Shown one piece after another: positions 20,860-30,919 of a stretch of 64,000 bases of DNA. Each line of letters opens with the position of its first letter. Position 1 is the stretch's first letter. Location: the NCBI GenBank assembly GCA_046727955.1, contig JBKPDO010000038.1, positions 22,198 through 86,197 of the forward strand, read 5' to 3'. Source of the stretch: a bacterium. GTDB taxonomy: Bacteria > Actinomycetota > CALGFH01. A program made the position numbers and the translations under genes. The notes below the pieces were generated by a model. It was not told the origin of the DNA, did no database searches, and saw only the letters and a program-made list of their open reading frames with translations.

Positions 20860-21118
20860 CGGCCTGCAGGCGGCGGCCTTCCCGGTCCTGGCGCCGCTGG
20901 TGTTCGCGTCCTCGGTGTTCGTGCCGGTCAGCTCGATGCCCGGCTGGCTGCAGGCCTTCGCCAAGCACCAGCCGGTCTCGGTGACCGCCTCGGCGGTAAG
21001 GGCGCTGGTCCTGGGAGGGCCCACCGCCTCCTACGTCTGGCAGTCCCTCGCCTGGGCCGCTGGCATCGTCCTGGTCTTCGCTCCCCTGGCCGTCTGGCGC
21101 TACCGCCGCGCCGTGTGA
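20860..21118 (+). pseudogene. C-terminal remnant of an ABC-2 type transporter permease
   Basis: ...FPVLAPLVFASSVFVPVSSMPGWLQAFAKHQPVSV...VWRYRRAV is a typical permease C-terminus. No upstream part is present in any frame. Confidence 0.45.
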
Positions 21119-21125
21119 GCAACCC

Positions 21126-21584
21126 CTACCTCACCCAGCGCCGCTCATAGACGCGGTCGGCGGGTGTCATCGGCTCGCCGCAACTGCTGCACACGGTCGG
21201 GGTGGAGCTGTAGTGCCCGCCATCGCGGTGCAGGATCGACATCTCAAGGTGACGCTGCGGTGGCTTCGTATAGGTCTCTCCCCAGCGGGCGAGCGCGTCG
21301 AGCACGGGCAGCACGTCCGCCCCGGCGTCGGTGATCAGATACTCCCCGTGCATCCGCTGCTTGCCGCGGTACGGCGAGCGGCGCAGCAGCCCGGCGTCGA
21401 CCATCTGTGACAACCGCCGGCTCAGGACGTTGTCCGCGACGTCGAGCCGGTCGCGGAACTGCTCGAACCGGCGCGCCCCGAACAGCGCCTCCCGCAGGAT
21501 CAGCATGACCCACGGGTCGCCCACGACGTCCAGCGAGCGCGCGATCGGGCAGGGATGCTTGGACCAGTCCTGACGTAGTGGCAC
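21126..21584 (-). CDS. HxlR-family winged-helix transcriptional regulator
   Basis: The HxlR signature CPIARSLDVVGDPWVMLILR is present. Size is 152 aa. Confidence 0.85.
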   Translation of the reverse strand: MPLRQDWSKHPCPIARSLDVVGDPWVMLILREALFGARRFEQFRDRLDVADNVLSRRLSQMVDAGLLRRSPYRGKQRMHGEYLITDAGADVLPVLDALARWGETYTKPPQRHLEMSILHRDGGHYSSTPTVCSSCGEPMTPADRVYERRWVR

Positions 21585-21700
21585 GGGATGCTCCTCACGT
21601 CAACTTGCCGCGGGCAGGATACCGGCGTTTACTTTTCTCAGGCAAGTTAACTAGGGTGAGGCACGGACCGACACGGACCGACACATCCTGAAGGCGAGGC

Positions 21701-22900
21701 TTGGCCATGAGAGACGCAGTAATCGTCGACGCAGTGCGCACACCTATCGGAAGGGGCAAGGCGTCCGGCGCCCTGGCCGGAGTGCATCCGGTGGACCTGC
21801 ACGCGCACGCCATCCGCGCTCTCGTCGAACGAGTGGGCATCGACCCGGCGCTGATCGATGACGTCGTCGCCGGGGCTGTCGGGCAGATCGGCGAGCAGAG
21901 CACCAACACCGCGCGGTGGGCCGCGCTCGCGGCTGGACTTCCCGAGTCGGTGCCCGCCGTGACGGTGGACCGGCAGTGTGGCAGCGGCCAGCAGGCGATC
22001 CACTTCGCGGCGCAGGGGGTGATCGCCGGCGCGTACGACGTCGTCGTCGCTTCCGGCGTCGAGTCGATGAGCCATATTCCGATCGGCAGCCAGACGGCCG
22101 GCCGCGACTTCCTGGGGCCAGGCGTCGCCGCCCGCTACCCCGAGGGCCTCGTTCCGCAGGGCGTCAGCGCCGAGCTGATCGCCACCCGCTGGGGTCTGAC
22201 CCGCACCCAGCTAGACGCGTTCGCCACGACCAGCCACCAGCGCGCCGCGGCGGCGTGGGCCGATGGCCGCTTCGACCGCGAGGTAGCGCCACTGAAGGTC
22301 ACCGGTGGCGACGGAACCATGGTCGAGGTAGTGCGTGACGAGTCGGTTCGTCCGGACACCTCCGTGGAGGTCCTCGCCACGCTGAAGCCAGCGTTCTACC
22401 ACGAGCACTGGGCGCGGCGGTTCCCCGACATCGGCTGGAACGTCACCGCGGGAAACTCCTCCCCCGTCAACGACGGCGCCGCCGCGGTCCTGATCACCAG
22501 CAGCGACACTGCCAAGCGGCTCGGCCTGACGCCGCGGGCGCGCCTGCACAGCTTCGCCGTTGTCGGCGACGACCCGCTGCTCATGCTGACGGGCATCCTT
22601 CCAGCCACCACCAAGGTCCTGCGACGGGCCGGCCTCGAACTTGCTGACATCGACGCATTCGAGGTGAACGAGGCGTTCGCCAGCGTCGTCCTGGCCTGGC
22701 AGGCGGAGACGGGAGTGGACCTGGCCAAGGTGAACGTCAACGGAGGCGCGACCGCCCTCGGGCATCCCCTTGGCGCCAGCGGAGCGCGGCTGATGACGAC
22801 GCTGCTGTCCGTGCTCGAGCAGACCGGCGGCAGGTACGGGCTGCAGACGATGTGTGAGGCAGGCGGCCTGTCCAACGCGACCGTCGTCGAGCGGCTCTAG
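21701..22900 (+). CDS. Acetyl-CoA C-acyltransferase (thiolase II family)
   Basis: The thiolase N-terminus VDAVRTPIGR, the active-site region VDRQCGSGQQA, and the C-terminal GGATALGHPLGASGAR are all present. Confidence 0.9.
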   Translation: MAMRDAVIVDAVRTPIGRGKASGALAGVHPVDLHAHAIRALVERVGIDPALIDDVVAGAVGQIGEQSTNTARWAALAAGLPESVPAVTVDRQCGSGQQAIHFAAQGVIAGAYDVVVASGVESMSHIPIGSQTAGRDFLGPGVAARYPEGLVPQGVSAELIATRWGLTRTQLDAFATTSHQRAAAAWADGRFDREVAPLKVTGGDGTMVEVVRDESVRPDTSVEVLATLKPAFYHEHWARRFPDIGWNVTAGNSSPVNDGAAAVLITSSDTAKRLGLTPRARLHSFAVVGDDPLLMLTGILPATTKVLRRAGLELADIDAFEVNEAFASVVLAWQAETGVDLAKVNVNGGATALGHPLGASGARLMTTLLSVLEQTGGRYGLQTMCEAGGLSNATVVERL

Positions 22901-22903
22901 GGT

Positions 22904-22940
22904 ATAGAAAGTGTGGTCTGGGTCGTTGCTGGTGTTGATC
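22904..22940. repeat. Copy A of a 35-bp direct repeat tagaaagtgtggtcYgggtYgttgctggtgttgat, immediately after the thiolase stop
   Basis: It matches 23725-23760 with 2 mismatches. Both copies directly follow a TAG stop codon. Confidence 0.7.
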
Positions 22941-23724
22941 TCGGTTTGGTGTCGTCGCGGGTCGTAGCTCGATACGCCGGTGAGGCTCCAGGTCCCGGTC
23001 CCGCCTGTCGTCTTGCCGCGCACCTTGCCGGTCCGTTGCCTGGTAAGGTCCTGCTCCTGGCATCACGATAGGTGGTCAAGCGTGGAAGTCTTGGCCACAT
23101 CGACACGTCATGCACGTCCCCAGGCAAACACCAGTGCTCGTGGGAGGACCGGGAGCATGGTCTGAGGAGGCACGCGGGATGGATGCGGTTGCAGGCCGCG
23201 TCTGGTCAAGTGGATCCGACAGCCGCCCAGCTGACCATCACACCCGGCCTGGACCCCAACGCACAACACTGGCGCCGGCAGCCGAACCACCGCCACGCCG
23301 CAGAGCAAGCGCCATCGTGGCAGTCGTGCTGCTGGCCAGTGCCATGGTTGGCGCCGGCTGCCGCTCCAACCACCCGTCCACAGCGCGTACCGGAAGCACC
23401 GCTGCACCGCCAGCGACCACGGCGACGTTCGCGGCCACGATCCCCGGCGGCGGCCGACCCAGTGCGACACAGCTGGACAGCACCGCCCGGATCCTGCAAG
23501 CCCGCATGGCCGCAGCCGGCATCCACGGCAGTGCCCGGCGCCAGATCGCGATGCTGCTGGACGGGACCGCGCTCAACAGCGTCGCCGTTGACGACTCGGT
23601 TCCTGCCGACAAGGTCTCGCCAACGCGACGGTGCTGGTGAGCCGCTTGACCGAGCAGCAAGCCAGGACGTTGCAAGCGCTCCTGGCCGGTGGCCCCCTCC
23701 CCCTGCGGCTCCAACGCCAGTAGG

Positions 23725-23760
23725 GCGTGTCTAGAAAGTGTGGTCCGGGTTGTTGCTGGT
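23725..23760. repeat. Copy B of the 35-bp direct repeat (see 22904-22940)
   Basis: Direct sequence comparison. Confidence 0.7.
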
Positions 23761-24033
23761 GTTGATGCGACCCCTCTGCACCAGTTGCCCGCCGGTCCCA
23801 AGCCGCGTCACCGTCAGGGTCTCCTCTTCCGGCTTTCTTGGTCGAGGGTTGCGATGAAGGCGCTCAGCGCCTCCGCCACCGCGGGAGGGAGGAACGGCGA
23901 CAGGTCCGGCCCGGACATCAGCTGCATTCCTCTTGGCGTGAACCACATCGGTGCTCCTCACCCTCCTAGGCGCCTCGATCAGCTCTCCCGAACCCGTCGG
24001 CCGCCCGCAGAACGGGCAGCTCTCTCCCCGTAG

Positions 24034-24062
24034 TGGTGGTGGTGGTGGTGGTGGTGGTGGGT
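24034..24062. repeat. Trinucleotide microsatellite (GTG)9
   Basis: gtggtggtggtggtggtggtggtgggtg, read directly. It sits in a region without a convincing gene. Confidence 0.8.
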
Positions 24063-24358
24063 GACGACCTTGCCCACCTTCCTGAGCTGGCCGCTGCTGC
24101 GAGTCCACGCCCTCCTTCGTCTCCGCGTCCTACGTGCCCCCACCTCGAACCTCCCCCTCGATCAGCGTCGAGTTGTTCCACTCGAGGGCGCTTCCAGCGT
24201 CGTCGTCGGGCGGCTGTGGCCGGCGGGCTCCTCGTCTGGCGTGCCGTGCCGGATGACCTGTTGTTGCACCCGGTCGTGGCGCGTCGCTCCAACCGCGAGG
24301 CCCAAGGCGTGAAACAGCCCCATCAGCAGGACACCCAGGGCGCCGGAGGTGCACGGCC

Positions 24359-24640
24359 TCAGCGGCAGAAATGGCCGACGAAGTCGACGATCTTCCGCGC
24401 CTCGGTTCGGTCCGGATCGAGGTCGGGGTTGTAGATGCACAGCGTCCAGCCGAGGCAGTCGCGCCTCGACAGGGCGGTGCCAACCAGAGTGGTCAGCTCA
24501 ACCCAGGTGAGGCCGCCGTCTTGGGGGTAGTCCACCGCCGCGAGCTGGTCGGTGGCCAGCACGTCGAGATCCACGTGCAGCCACCAGAACCGCCCCCCGT
24601 CTGGGCGGCGTGATGATCATGAGTCCGCTGCAGCACGGGT
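24359..24640 (-). pseudogene. C-terminal remnant of an arginase/agmatinase-family ureohydrolase
   Basis: WWLHVDLDVLATD... is in one frame. It continues as MDLDVLATDQLAAVDYPQDGGLTWVELTTLVGTAL...CIYNPDLDPDRTEA in another. Both match the metal-binding C-terminal part of the arginase family. The N-terminus is absent. Confidence 0.45.
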
Positions 24641-24888
24641 AGATCAGCGCGATGACGGCGGCGGCGCTGTGGTGGCCGTGGCCGCGGTTGATCAACCAGG
24701 TCGTTGCGCCCGAGTTCACCGCTGCAGGAGTGCACCTGCCGCAAGCGCTGCGCCGCCAATGGTTCAACCGTCCACCGCAAGGACGTGGCCGACCAAACTG
24801 TCGCTGCTGCCGCATAGGATCGTCGACCAAGCCCGCGTCCGTCTGCTTGCACACCACCTCCACGACGCCACCCCGAAGGAAGGTGCCT

Positions 24889-25296
24889 GTGACCACCGCG
24901 ACAGAGCCGACGTACCGCACCGGCAAGATCTGCTACATCGAGATCCCCGCCGTTGACGTGGAGCAGTCCGCGGAGTTTTACCGGCGAGCGTTCGGTTGGA
25001 CCATCCGGCGGCGCGATGACGGTTCAATCGCCTTCGACGACACCGTGAACCAGGTCAGCGGCGCTTGGGTGCTCGAGCGCCCGCCGGCGACCGCCCCAGG
25101 CCTCATGGTCTACGTCATGGTCGCTGACGCCGTCGCAGCCGTTGAGGCCGTGCTTGCCGCTGGCGGTGAGATCGTCCAGCCGATTGACCCGAACGCGTCT
25201 GTGGTGTTCGCGTGGTTCCGGGATCCCGCCGGCAATGTGCTTGGCATCTACCAGCAGCCTGGTTTGGCCGAGCTTGAGGCAGGAACGCCGCGCTGA
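24889..25296 (+). CDS. VOC (glyoxalase/bleomycin-resistance/dioxygenase) family protein
   Basis: GTG start at 24889 follows the RBS gaaggaagg. The VOC fold is marked by YIEIPAVDVEQSAEFYRRAFGW...FRDPAGNVLGIY. Confidence 0.75.
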   Translation: MTTATEPTYRTGKICYIEIPAVDVEQSAEFYRRAFGWTIRRRDDGSIAFDDTVNQVSGAWVLERPPATAPGLMVYVMVADAVAAVEAVLAAGGEIVQPIDPNASVVFAWFRDPAGNVLGIYQQPGLAELEAGTPR

Positions 25297-25324
25297 CTTG
25301 CCCGGGACGAGCTGGACGAGAGGT

Positions 25325-25472
25325 GGTCCTCGACGGGCACGCGAACCGGTCCGCCGCGGCAGAGCTGGTCCTGTCACCGAACACGGTCGCCACCCACCTA
25401 CGATCGATCTTCGGCAAGCTTCAGGTCACCTCCCGGGTCCAGCTCACCCGCGCCGTCCTGGCGCAGAAGTAA
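25325..25472 (+). pseudogene. Orphan C-terminal LuxR-type HTH fragment
   Basis: ...AAELVLSPNTVATHLRSIFGKLQVTSRVQLTRAVLAQK matches the LuxR/FixJ HTH consensus. No receiver or effector domain lies upstream. Confidence 0.45.
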
Positions 25473-25569
25473 GGCCCAGCTGGGCTACCATTTGCGCAGA
25501 TCCCGCGATGCATTAAGAATGCGTTTCCAGGCGGTTGTTTCCGGTTTACTACGTACAGGCGGGAAGAGC

Positions 25570-26700
25570 ATGGCGGAGGGGCAGCCCACGCTCGATGACC
25601 CTGGTGGCGTGGTGGTGAAGCCGTTCGTCGGCCGCGCCAAGCATCTGGCCGAGCTGCGGGCGGCACTGGATGAGGCCGTCGCCGGCCGCGGCTCGCTGGT
25701 GCTGATCACCGGCGAGCCCGGGATCGGCAAAACGCGCCTTGCCGAGCACCTCGCGCTGGACGCGGCGCCGCGCGGCGCCGCGATGCCGGTGGGTCGGGCT
25801 CTGGTGGGACGGGGGTAGCGGGCTTCCCCCACATGGATAGGGCCGCGGCGCTGCGAGCTGAACCTGGGACTGGCCGGGGCGCGCATGGCCATCGGCGAGG
25901 TCGCCGCAGCCGTGCCGGCTACGAGGAGGCCGCCGCGCTGGCCAGGCGTCTCGGCAGCCCGAGCGGCTCGCCCGCGCCGCCCTCGGCCTCGGCGCCGAGG
26001 ATATCGTCTTCACCGTCGACGACCCGCAGATCCGCCTACTCGAGGAGGCGCTCGGCGGACTCGGCGGCCTGGGCGGACTCGGCGGGGACCCGGACGGATC
26101 CGGAGGACCGCACGCTGCCCAGGTGGATCAGGGGCTGCGCGCCAGGGTCCTCGCCCGGCTCGCCAGAGCACTGCTGTACACCCGCGAGGTGGAGCGGCGC
26201 GCCTCGCTCTGCGAGCAGGCGGTCGCCATCGCCCGCCGCGTCGGCGACCCGGCCACCCTCGCCGCGGTGCTCAGCGACTCGCACACAGCGACCCTGGGGC
26301 TCGAAGGGTCGGTGCGGCAGCTGCTGGCCACCGCCACCGAGATCGTGCAGCTCGCCGAGGCCGCCGGCGACCGGATTCCGGCGTTGCAGGGCCGCGCCCT
26401 GCGCAGCGTCGACCTGCTGGAGCTGGGTGAGGCGGCGGCCATGCGCGCCGAGATCGAGACCTACGAGCGCGGTGCGCGAGAGCTGCGCCAGTCGCACCTG
26501 CTCTGGCCGGCCCTGATGCTGCGCGCCAACCTCGCCATCATCGACGGCCGCTTCGACGAGGCCGGGCAACTCACCGATGAGGCGCTGGCCATGGGCCGCC
26601 GCGCCGGCGACCCCGCCGCCATCACCACGCACCTGGGCTTCCACAGCGTGGTCGGGCTGGTGAGGGAACCTCGCTCTGCTGGAAGACGCCTTCCGCGAGA
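25570..26700 (+). pseudogene. Fragmented LAL-type (large ATP-binding LuxR-family) regulator: N-terminal AAA/P-loop piece (25570-25818) and TPR-like middle piece (26123-26700) in different frames with gaps
   Basis: The Walker A region PFVGRAKHLAELRAALDEAVAGRGSLVLITGEPGIGKTRLAEHLA is followed by a stop. A later ORF carries the helical repeat region typical of LAL/MalT-like regulators. Confidence 0.45.
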
Positions 26701-27008
26701 TCGTGAAGCGCGCGCCGGTGTTCGTCTTCCGCACTTGGCCAGCACCTGCACCGCAGCGTCCGCACCGGCGGCTTCTGCGCCTACGACCCCGACCCGGCGC
26801 TGCGGGTCACCTGGAAGCTCTGAACGTAGTGGCTATGCCAGCGGGTGGGTTGGCAGCGACCGGTTGGCAGCGACCGCATAAACTACACGCGGTGTGGAGC
26901 TCTGCGCAAGGGGCGGCACGCGACCGCAACGTTCCCTTGCGAATTTGCGCCCCGTTATCGCAAGGCGCGAGAATTCCCGCCCACGCGCATTCTCCCGGGG
27001 AGACGCCC

Positions 27009-27803
27009 ATGAGCGTGTTCGAGCCACACACGGACCAAAGGTCCGACGGCGGCAGCCACCTCCCGACCCTTGACGTCGCGCTGCGCGGCCGCAAGGGTGA
27101 GCAGGTCGCCGCCTACATCCAGGAGCTGGCGACGCGCCTCGACCAGCAGCGCGCCCGCGCCGAGCAGGCGGAGCAGGCCGCATCGCACCTGCAGAGAGAG
27201 GTGGACGCGCAGCGCAACCAGCCGCCGCCTTCGTTCGACCACTTGGGGTCGGAGGCCGCCAAAGTGCTGGAGGAGGCGGGCCGATCGGCCAAGGTGCTGA
27301 TAGAGGAGGCCACCAGCCGCGGCAAGACGATCGTCGAGCAGGCGAAGGAACGCGCCGCTGACGTGATGGAGGCGGCTGAGCACGACGTTCAGACCCGTCT
27401 GGACGCCGCCCACCAGGCCGCGGAGCAGATGCTCGCCAAGGCCGGCAACGAGCGGTCGGCCGTGGACGCGCAGACCAGGCGCCTGCGCGATTACCGTGAC
27501 GGCCTGATCGGCCACCTCGGACGGGTGCATGCTGACCTCGCAAGATTCCTGGCGGAGGTGAGCGATCCCCCGTCCGCCCAGTCCGCCGGCGCCGAGACCA
27601 AGCCCGCGCAGGCAAAGCCCGCGCAGCCGAGGCCTGAGCAGCCCAAGGTCGCGCAGACCAAGGTCGAGAGGACGGAGGTCCAAGCCGCGGCCGAGAGCTC
27701 AGGGCACACACCCGCGGCCGAGGCCGAGACCGACGCGGCGGCGACTGTCGAGATGAAGCCGGCGGCCGCGTCGGCGATCAGCGCCGCTCGCCCTCCGAAG
27801 TAG
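27009..27803 (+). CDS. DivIVA domain-containing coiled-coil protein
   Basis: ATG at 27009. The DivIVA motif LPTLDVALRGRKGEQVAAYIQEL is present. A long coiled-coil is followed by a Pro/Ala/Gln-rich tail. Confidence 0.7.
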   Translation: MSVFEPHTDQRSDGGSHLPTLDVALRGRKGEQVAAYIQELATRLDQQRARAEQAEQAASHLQREVDAQRNQPPPSFDHLGSEAAKVLEEAGRSAKVLIEEATSRGKTIVEQAKERAADVMEAAEHDVQTRLDAAHQAAEQMLAKAGNERSAVDAQTRRLRDYRDGLIGHLGRVHADLARFLAEVSDPPSAQSAGAETKPAQAKPAQPRPEQPKVAQTKVERTEVQAAAESSGHTPAAEAETDAAATVEMKPAAASAISAARPPK

Positions 27804-28036
27804 CTATCGGCCCCAGATCCGCCCAGGCGCGCCGCGCGCGGACGCTCCACCTTGCCGCGCGGGGCGCGCCTTGCCTTGCGGTTGGTCGCTGCGCCGTCCG
27901 ATATGGAGGCTTTCGGGTGCCGGCCGCGCGGCAAACTGTCCTACGGGCGGCAAGGTCCGGTTCCATTCCGGTGCTCGACGGAAGGGTGGAAGATCGCTCA
28001 TCGTGGTGATCGGCGTCCAGCAAAGGAGGCTGCGGG

Positions 28037-29221
28037 ATGACCGAGCCGACGATGAAGATCAGGCTGGCGGGACGGATGGAGCGGCTCGGGACCGAGTCCG
28101 CGTTCGAGGTCCTGGCACGGGCGCGGGCGCTCGAGGCCGAGGGCCGGACCATCATCCATCTGGAGATCGGCGAGCCCGACTTCGACACCCCTGAGCACAT
28201 CCGCGAGGCGGCCAAGGCCGCCCTCGACGCCGGGCACACCCATTACGTCCCGGCGCCGGGCATCATGCCGCTCCGTGAGGCGGTCGCCGACTTCCTCGAG
28301 CGGACGGGCCGCCTGCGCACCGACCCCGCCCGGGTCATCGTCACCCCAGGGGCCAAGCCGATCATGTTCTTCACCATCCTCGCCCTGTGCGAGGAGGGCG
28401 ACGAGGTCATCCTGCCCGACCCGGGCTTTCCGATGTACGAATCCATCACCGCGTTCGCCGGGGCGCGGCCGGTGCCGATCCCATTGCGGGAGCACAACGG
28501 CTTCCGCCTCGACCCACAAGAGCTTGCCTCACTGGTTACCGAGCGGACCAAGCTCCTCATCCTGTGCTCGCCGCACAACCCCTGCGGAAGCGCTCTGACC
28601 CGGGACGACCTGGAGGCGATCGCCAGCTTGGCGATCGAGCGCGACCTGCTGGTGCTGGCCGACGAGGTCTACTGGGCCATCTCCTACGACCGGCCGCACG
28701 CGAGCATCCTCGACTTCGACGGGATGCGGGAGCGGACCGTGCTGCTGGACGGCTGGTCGAAGACGTTCGCGATGACCGGCTGGCGGCTGGGGTTCGGGGT
28801 GTTCCCGCCGGCGCTGGTCGAGCCGGTCACGCGACTGGTGGTGAACTCGGTCTCGTGCACCTCCGCTCACAGCCAATACGCGGCCATCGCCGCCCTGACC
28901 GGCCCGTGGGAGCCGGTCGAGCGCATGGTCGCCGAGTTCCGCCGGCGCCGCGACGTGATCGTGGACGGCCTGAACCTGATCCCCGGCCTGCACTGCCTGC
29001 GGCCTGAGGGCGCGTTCTACGTGTTCCCGAGCATCGCCGACCTGGGACGGTCCGCGGACGAGGTGGAGCGGCTGCTGCTGGATCGGGCGGGCGTGGCCTG
29101 CCTGGCCGGGACGGCGTTCGGTAGCAGCGGCGAAGCCTACCTCCGCTTCTCCTACGCCAATTCGGTGGAGAACATCCAAGCTGCCCTCGACGCGGTCCGC
29201 GCGACCCTCGAGGACCTGTAG
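28037..29221 (+). CDS. Pyridoxal-phosphate-dependent aminotransferase, class I/II (aspartate/aromatic aminotransferase-like)
   Basis: The PLP-lysine region SKTFAMTGWRLG is present. The fold I aminotransferase length and motifs fit. Confidence 0.85.
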   Translation: MTEPTMKIRLAGRMERLGTESAFEVLARARALEAEGRTIIHLEIGEPDFDTPEHIREAAKAALDAGHTHYVPAPGIMPLREAVADFLERTGRLRTDPARVIVTPGAKPIMFFTILALCEEGDEVILPDPGFPMYESITAFAGARPVPIPLREHNGFRLDPQELASLVTERTKLLILCSPHNPCGSALTRDDLEAIASLAIERDLLVLADEVYWAISYDRPHASILDFDGMRERTVLLDGWSKTFAMTGWRLGFGVFPPALVEPVTRLVVNSVSCTSAHSQYAAIAALTGPWEPVERMVAEFRRRRDVIVDGLNLIPGLHCLRPEGAFYVFPSIADLGRSADEVERLLLDRAGVACLAGTAFGSSGEAYLRFSYANSVENIQAALDAVRATLEDL

Positions 29222-29226
29222 CGCGG

Positions 29227-30456
29227 TCAGCGGAAGACGCCGGTGTGGCCGAGGGAATAGCGACCGGGCTGGGGGTAGACGCACAGGCCGTGCGGGCCCG
29301 CCCCGACCGGGATGCGGGCAAGCAGCCGCCCGCTACGGGTGTCGATCGCGTACACCTCGCGGTTGTAGCGGCCAGACAGCCATAGCACCCGGCCGTCGGC
29401 GGAGACCCCGCCCATGTCGGGACTGCCCCCGCCCGGCAGGCGCCAGGTCGCGATCACCCGGCGGCTCGCGAACGAGATCAGCGACACCGACCCCTCGCCG
29501 CGGTTCGACACGTACAGGACCCGTGAGTCGCGGCTGGCGTACAGACCGTGCGTGCCCTTGCCGGTCGCGACGAAGCCGATCACCTTCATCAGCTCTCCGT
29601 TCACCATCCACACGCCACCCGCGGCCATGTCGGCCACGTAGAACACCCGGCCATCCGGCGACAGCTTCACGTCCTGCGGCATCGCGCCCGGCCGCAGCCG
29701 CAGCGTTCCCAGCAACCGCCGGCCGGCGATATCGACCTTCAGCAGCTCGCTGCTGAACTCGCAGCTCGCCACCGCATAGCGCCCGTCGGCGCTGAAATCC
29801 ATGTGGTCGACGCCAAGGCACGGCACCTTGAGCGAGTCGCGCAGCCGCATGCTGTGGGCGTCGCGGAAATCGAGCCGGCGCAACTGCTCGGCCACCACGA
29901 TCGCGAAGCGCCCGTCAGGGGTGAAATAGAGGTTGTACGGGTCGGCGACGGGCACGCGCCTGCCGGGCCTGCCCGTGCGCGGGTCGATCGCGGTGAGGCT
30001 GTTGCCCTGGGTGTTGTCGACCCAGAGCGTGCGCAGGTCCCACGAGGGCGTCACGTGGTGCGGCTGCCGGCCGGTGGCGAAATGCGCGACCACTTTGAAC
30101 CGCTTCGGGTCGATCACGTCGACCGTGCCGCTTTCCGAGTTCGGCACATAGACCAGCGACCGAAAGCCACGCACGACCGGGCTGAGCATGCCCGGCCGGT
30201 CCGCGGCGTAGACGTCGCCGGGGTCGAGCGGCGGCGGCATGCCCGGCAGCGGAGTGCGCGCCGCCACCTGCCCCCTGGTGCCGTCCGGCGCCCGGTCACC
30301 CGGCGGAGCGGATTCCGTCGACGTGGACGGCGGCGGCCGGTCGGCGGCACGCCGGTCCTGCTCCGACCCGCAGCCTGTGGCCAGGACGAGCAGTGTGACC
30401 GTAAGCATGAGCGTTAGGGTGATACCGCACCGTTGGCGGCGGGTCGTGAAGGTCAT
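29227..30456 (-). CDS. YVTN/YncE-family beta-propeller repeat lipoprotein
   Basis: The lipoprotein signal ends in LATGCGS. Repeated roughly 40-aa YVTN-type beta-propeller units follow (VYVPNSESGTVDVID, LYFTPDGRFAIV, FYVADMAAGGVWMV, and others). Confidence 0.75.
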   Translation of the reverse strand: MTFTTRRQRCGITLTLMLTVTLLVLATGCGSEQDRRAADRPPPSTSTESAPPGDRAPDGTRGQVAARTPLPGMPPPLDPGDVYAADRPGMLSPVVRGFRSLVYVPNSESGTVDVIDPKRFKVVAHFATGRQPHHVTPSWDLRTLWVDNTQGNSLTAIDPRTGRPGRRVPVADPYNLYFTPDGRFAIVVAEQLRRLDFRDAHSMRLRDSLKVPCLGVDHMDFSADGRYAVASCEFSSELLKVDIAGRRLLGTLRLRPGAMPQDVKLSPDGRVFYVADMAAGGVWMVNGELMKVIGFVATGKGTHGLYASRDSRVLYVSNRGEGSVSLISFASRRVIATWRLPGGGSPDMGGVSADGRVLWLSGRYNREVYAIDTRSGRLLARIPVGAGPHGLCVYPQPGRYSLGHTGVFR

Positions 30457-30817
30457 GGCTCTCGCAATAACCGAGGCGGGGGACACGGGTGACGCTGACC
30501 AGCGCGATGCCCAGAGCCACGGCTGACGTGGCGATCATAACGGCCAGCGCCCCGCGCGTCATGGAATGCACAGCGTCGTCCACGAACAGCAGCGTAGCGG
30601 CCAGCACGGCGACCGGGAAGGCGACGCCCCCGACCCCGCCACGGTCCGTCCGTGCTGCCGGCCGGCGCTCACGCCGCCCGCGCGGGCGGCGTCGAGTTGT
30701 ACAGGCCCTTCGTCGACGTGTAGGCACGCTTGTCCAGCTTGGGCGGGGCCGCGCGGATCTTCGCCACGGCTGCCGGGTCGAGGTGCACCCGCTGCCGCTC
30801 CCGCTGGCCCCAGATGG

Positions 30818-30862
30818 CCACGTTGGCCACGTTGGCCACGTTGGCCACGTTGGCCACGCCAG
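30818..30862. repeat. 9-bp tandem repeat (gccacgttg) x5
   Basis: ggccacgttggccacgttggccacgttggccacgttggccacgcc, read directly. The coding status of the surrounding 30.46-30.92 kb is unclear. Confidence 0.8.
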
Positions 30863-30919
30863 GCATGCCCATCAGCCGCGGCCTGATCTTCCAGCGGGCC
30901 AGCACGAGGTCGGGTAGCC

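Noticed and set aside
21590-21700. tRNA or small RNA gene in the hxlR-thiolase intergenic region
   Set aside because: No cloverleaf-compatible pairing or conserved T-arm and anticodon features were found on inspection. It is interpreted as a promoter or operator region.
23110-23720. Intact lipoprotein gene (signal peptide ...LLASAMVGAGCRS)
   Set aside because: The ORF stops at 23640. A plausible continuation (RLTEQQARTLQALLAGGPLPLRLQRQ*) is in another frame. With no confident family assignment it is treated as a decayed gene and not listed as a feature.
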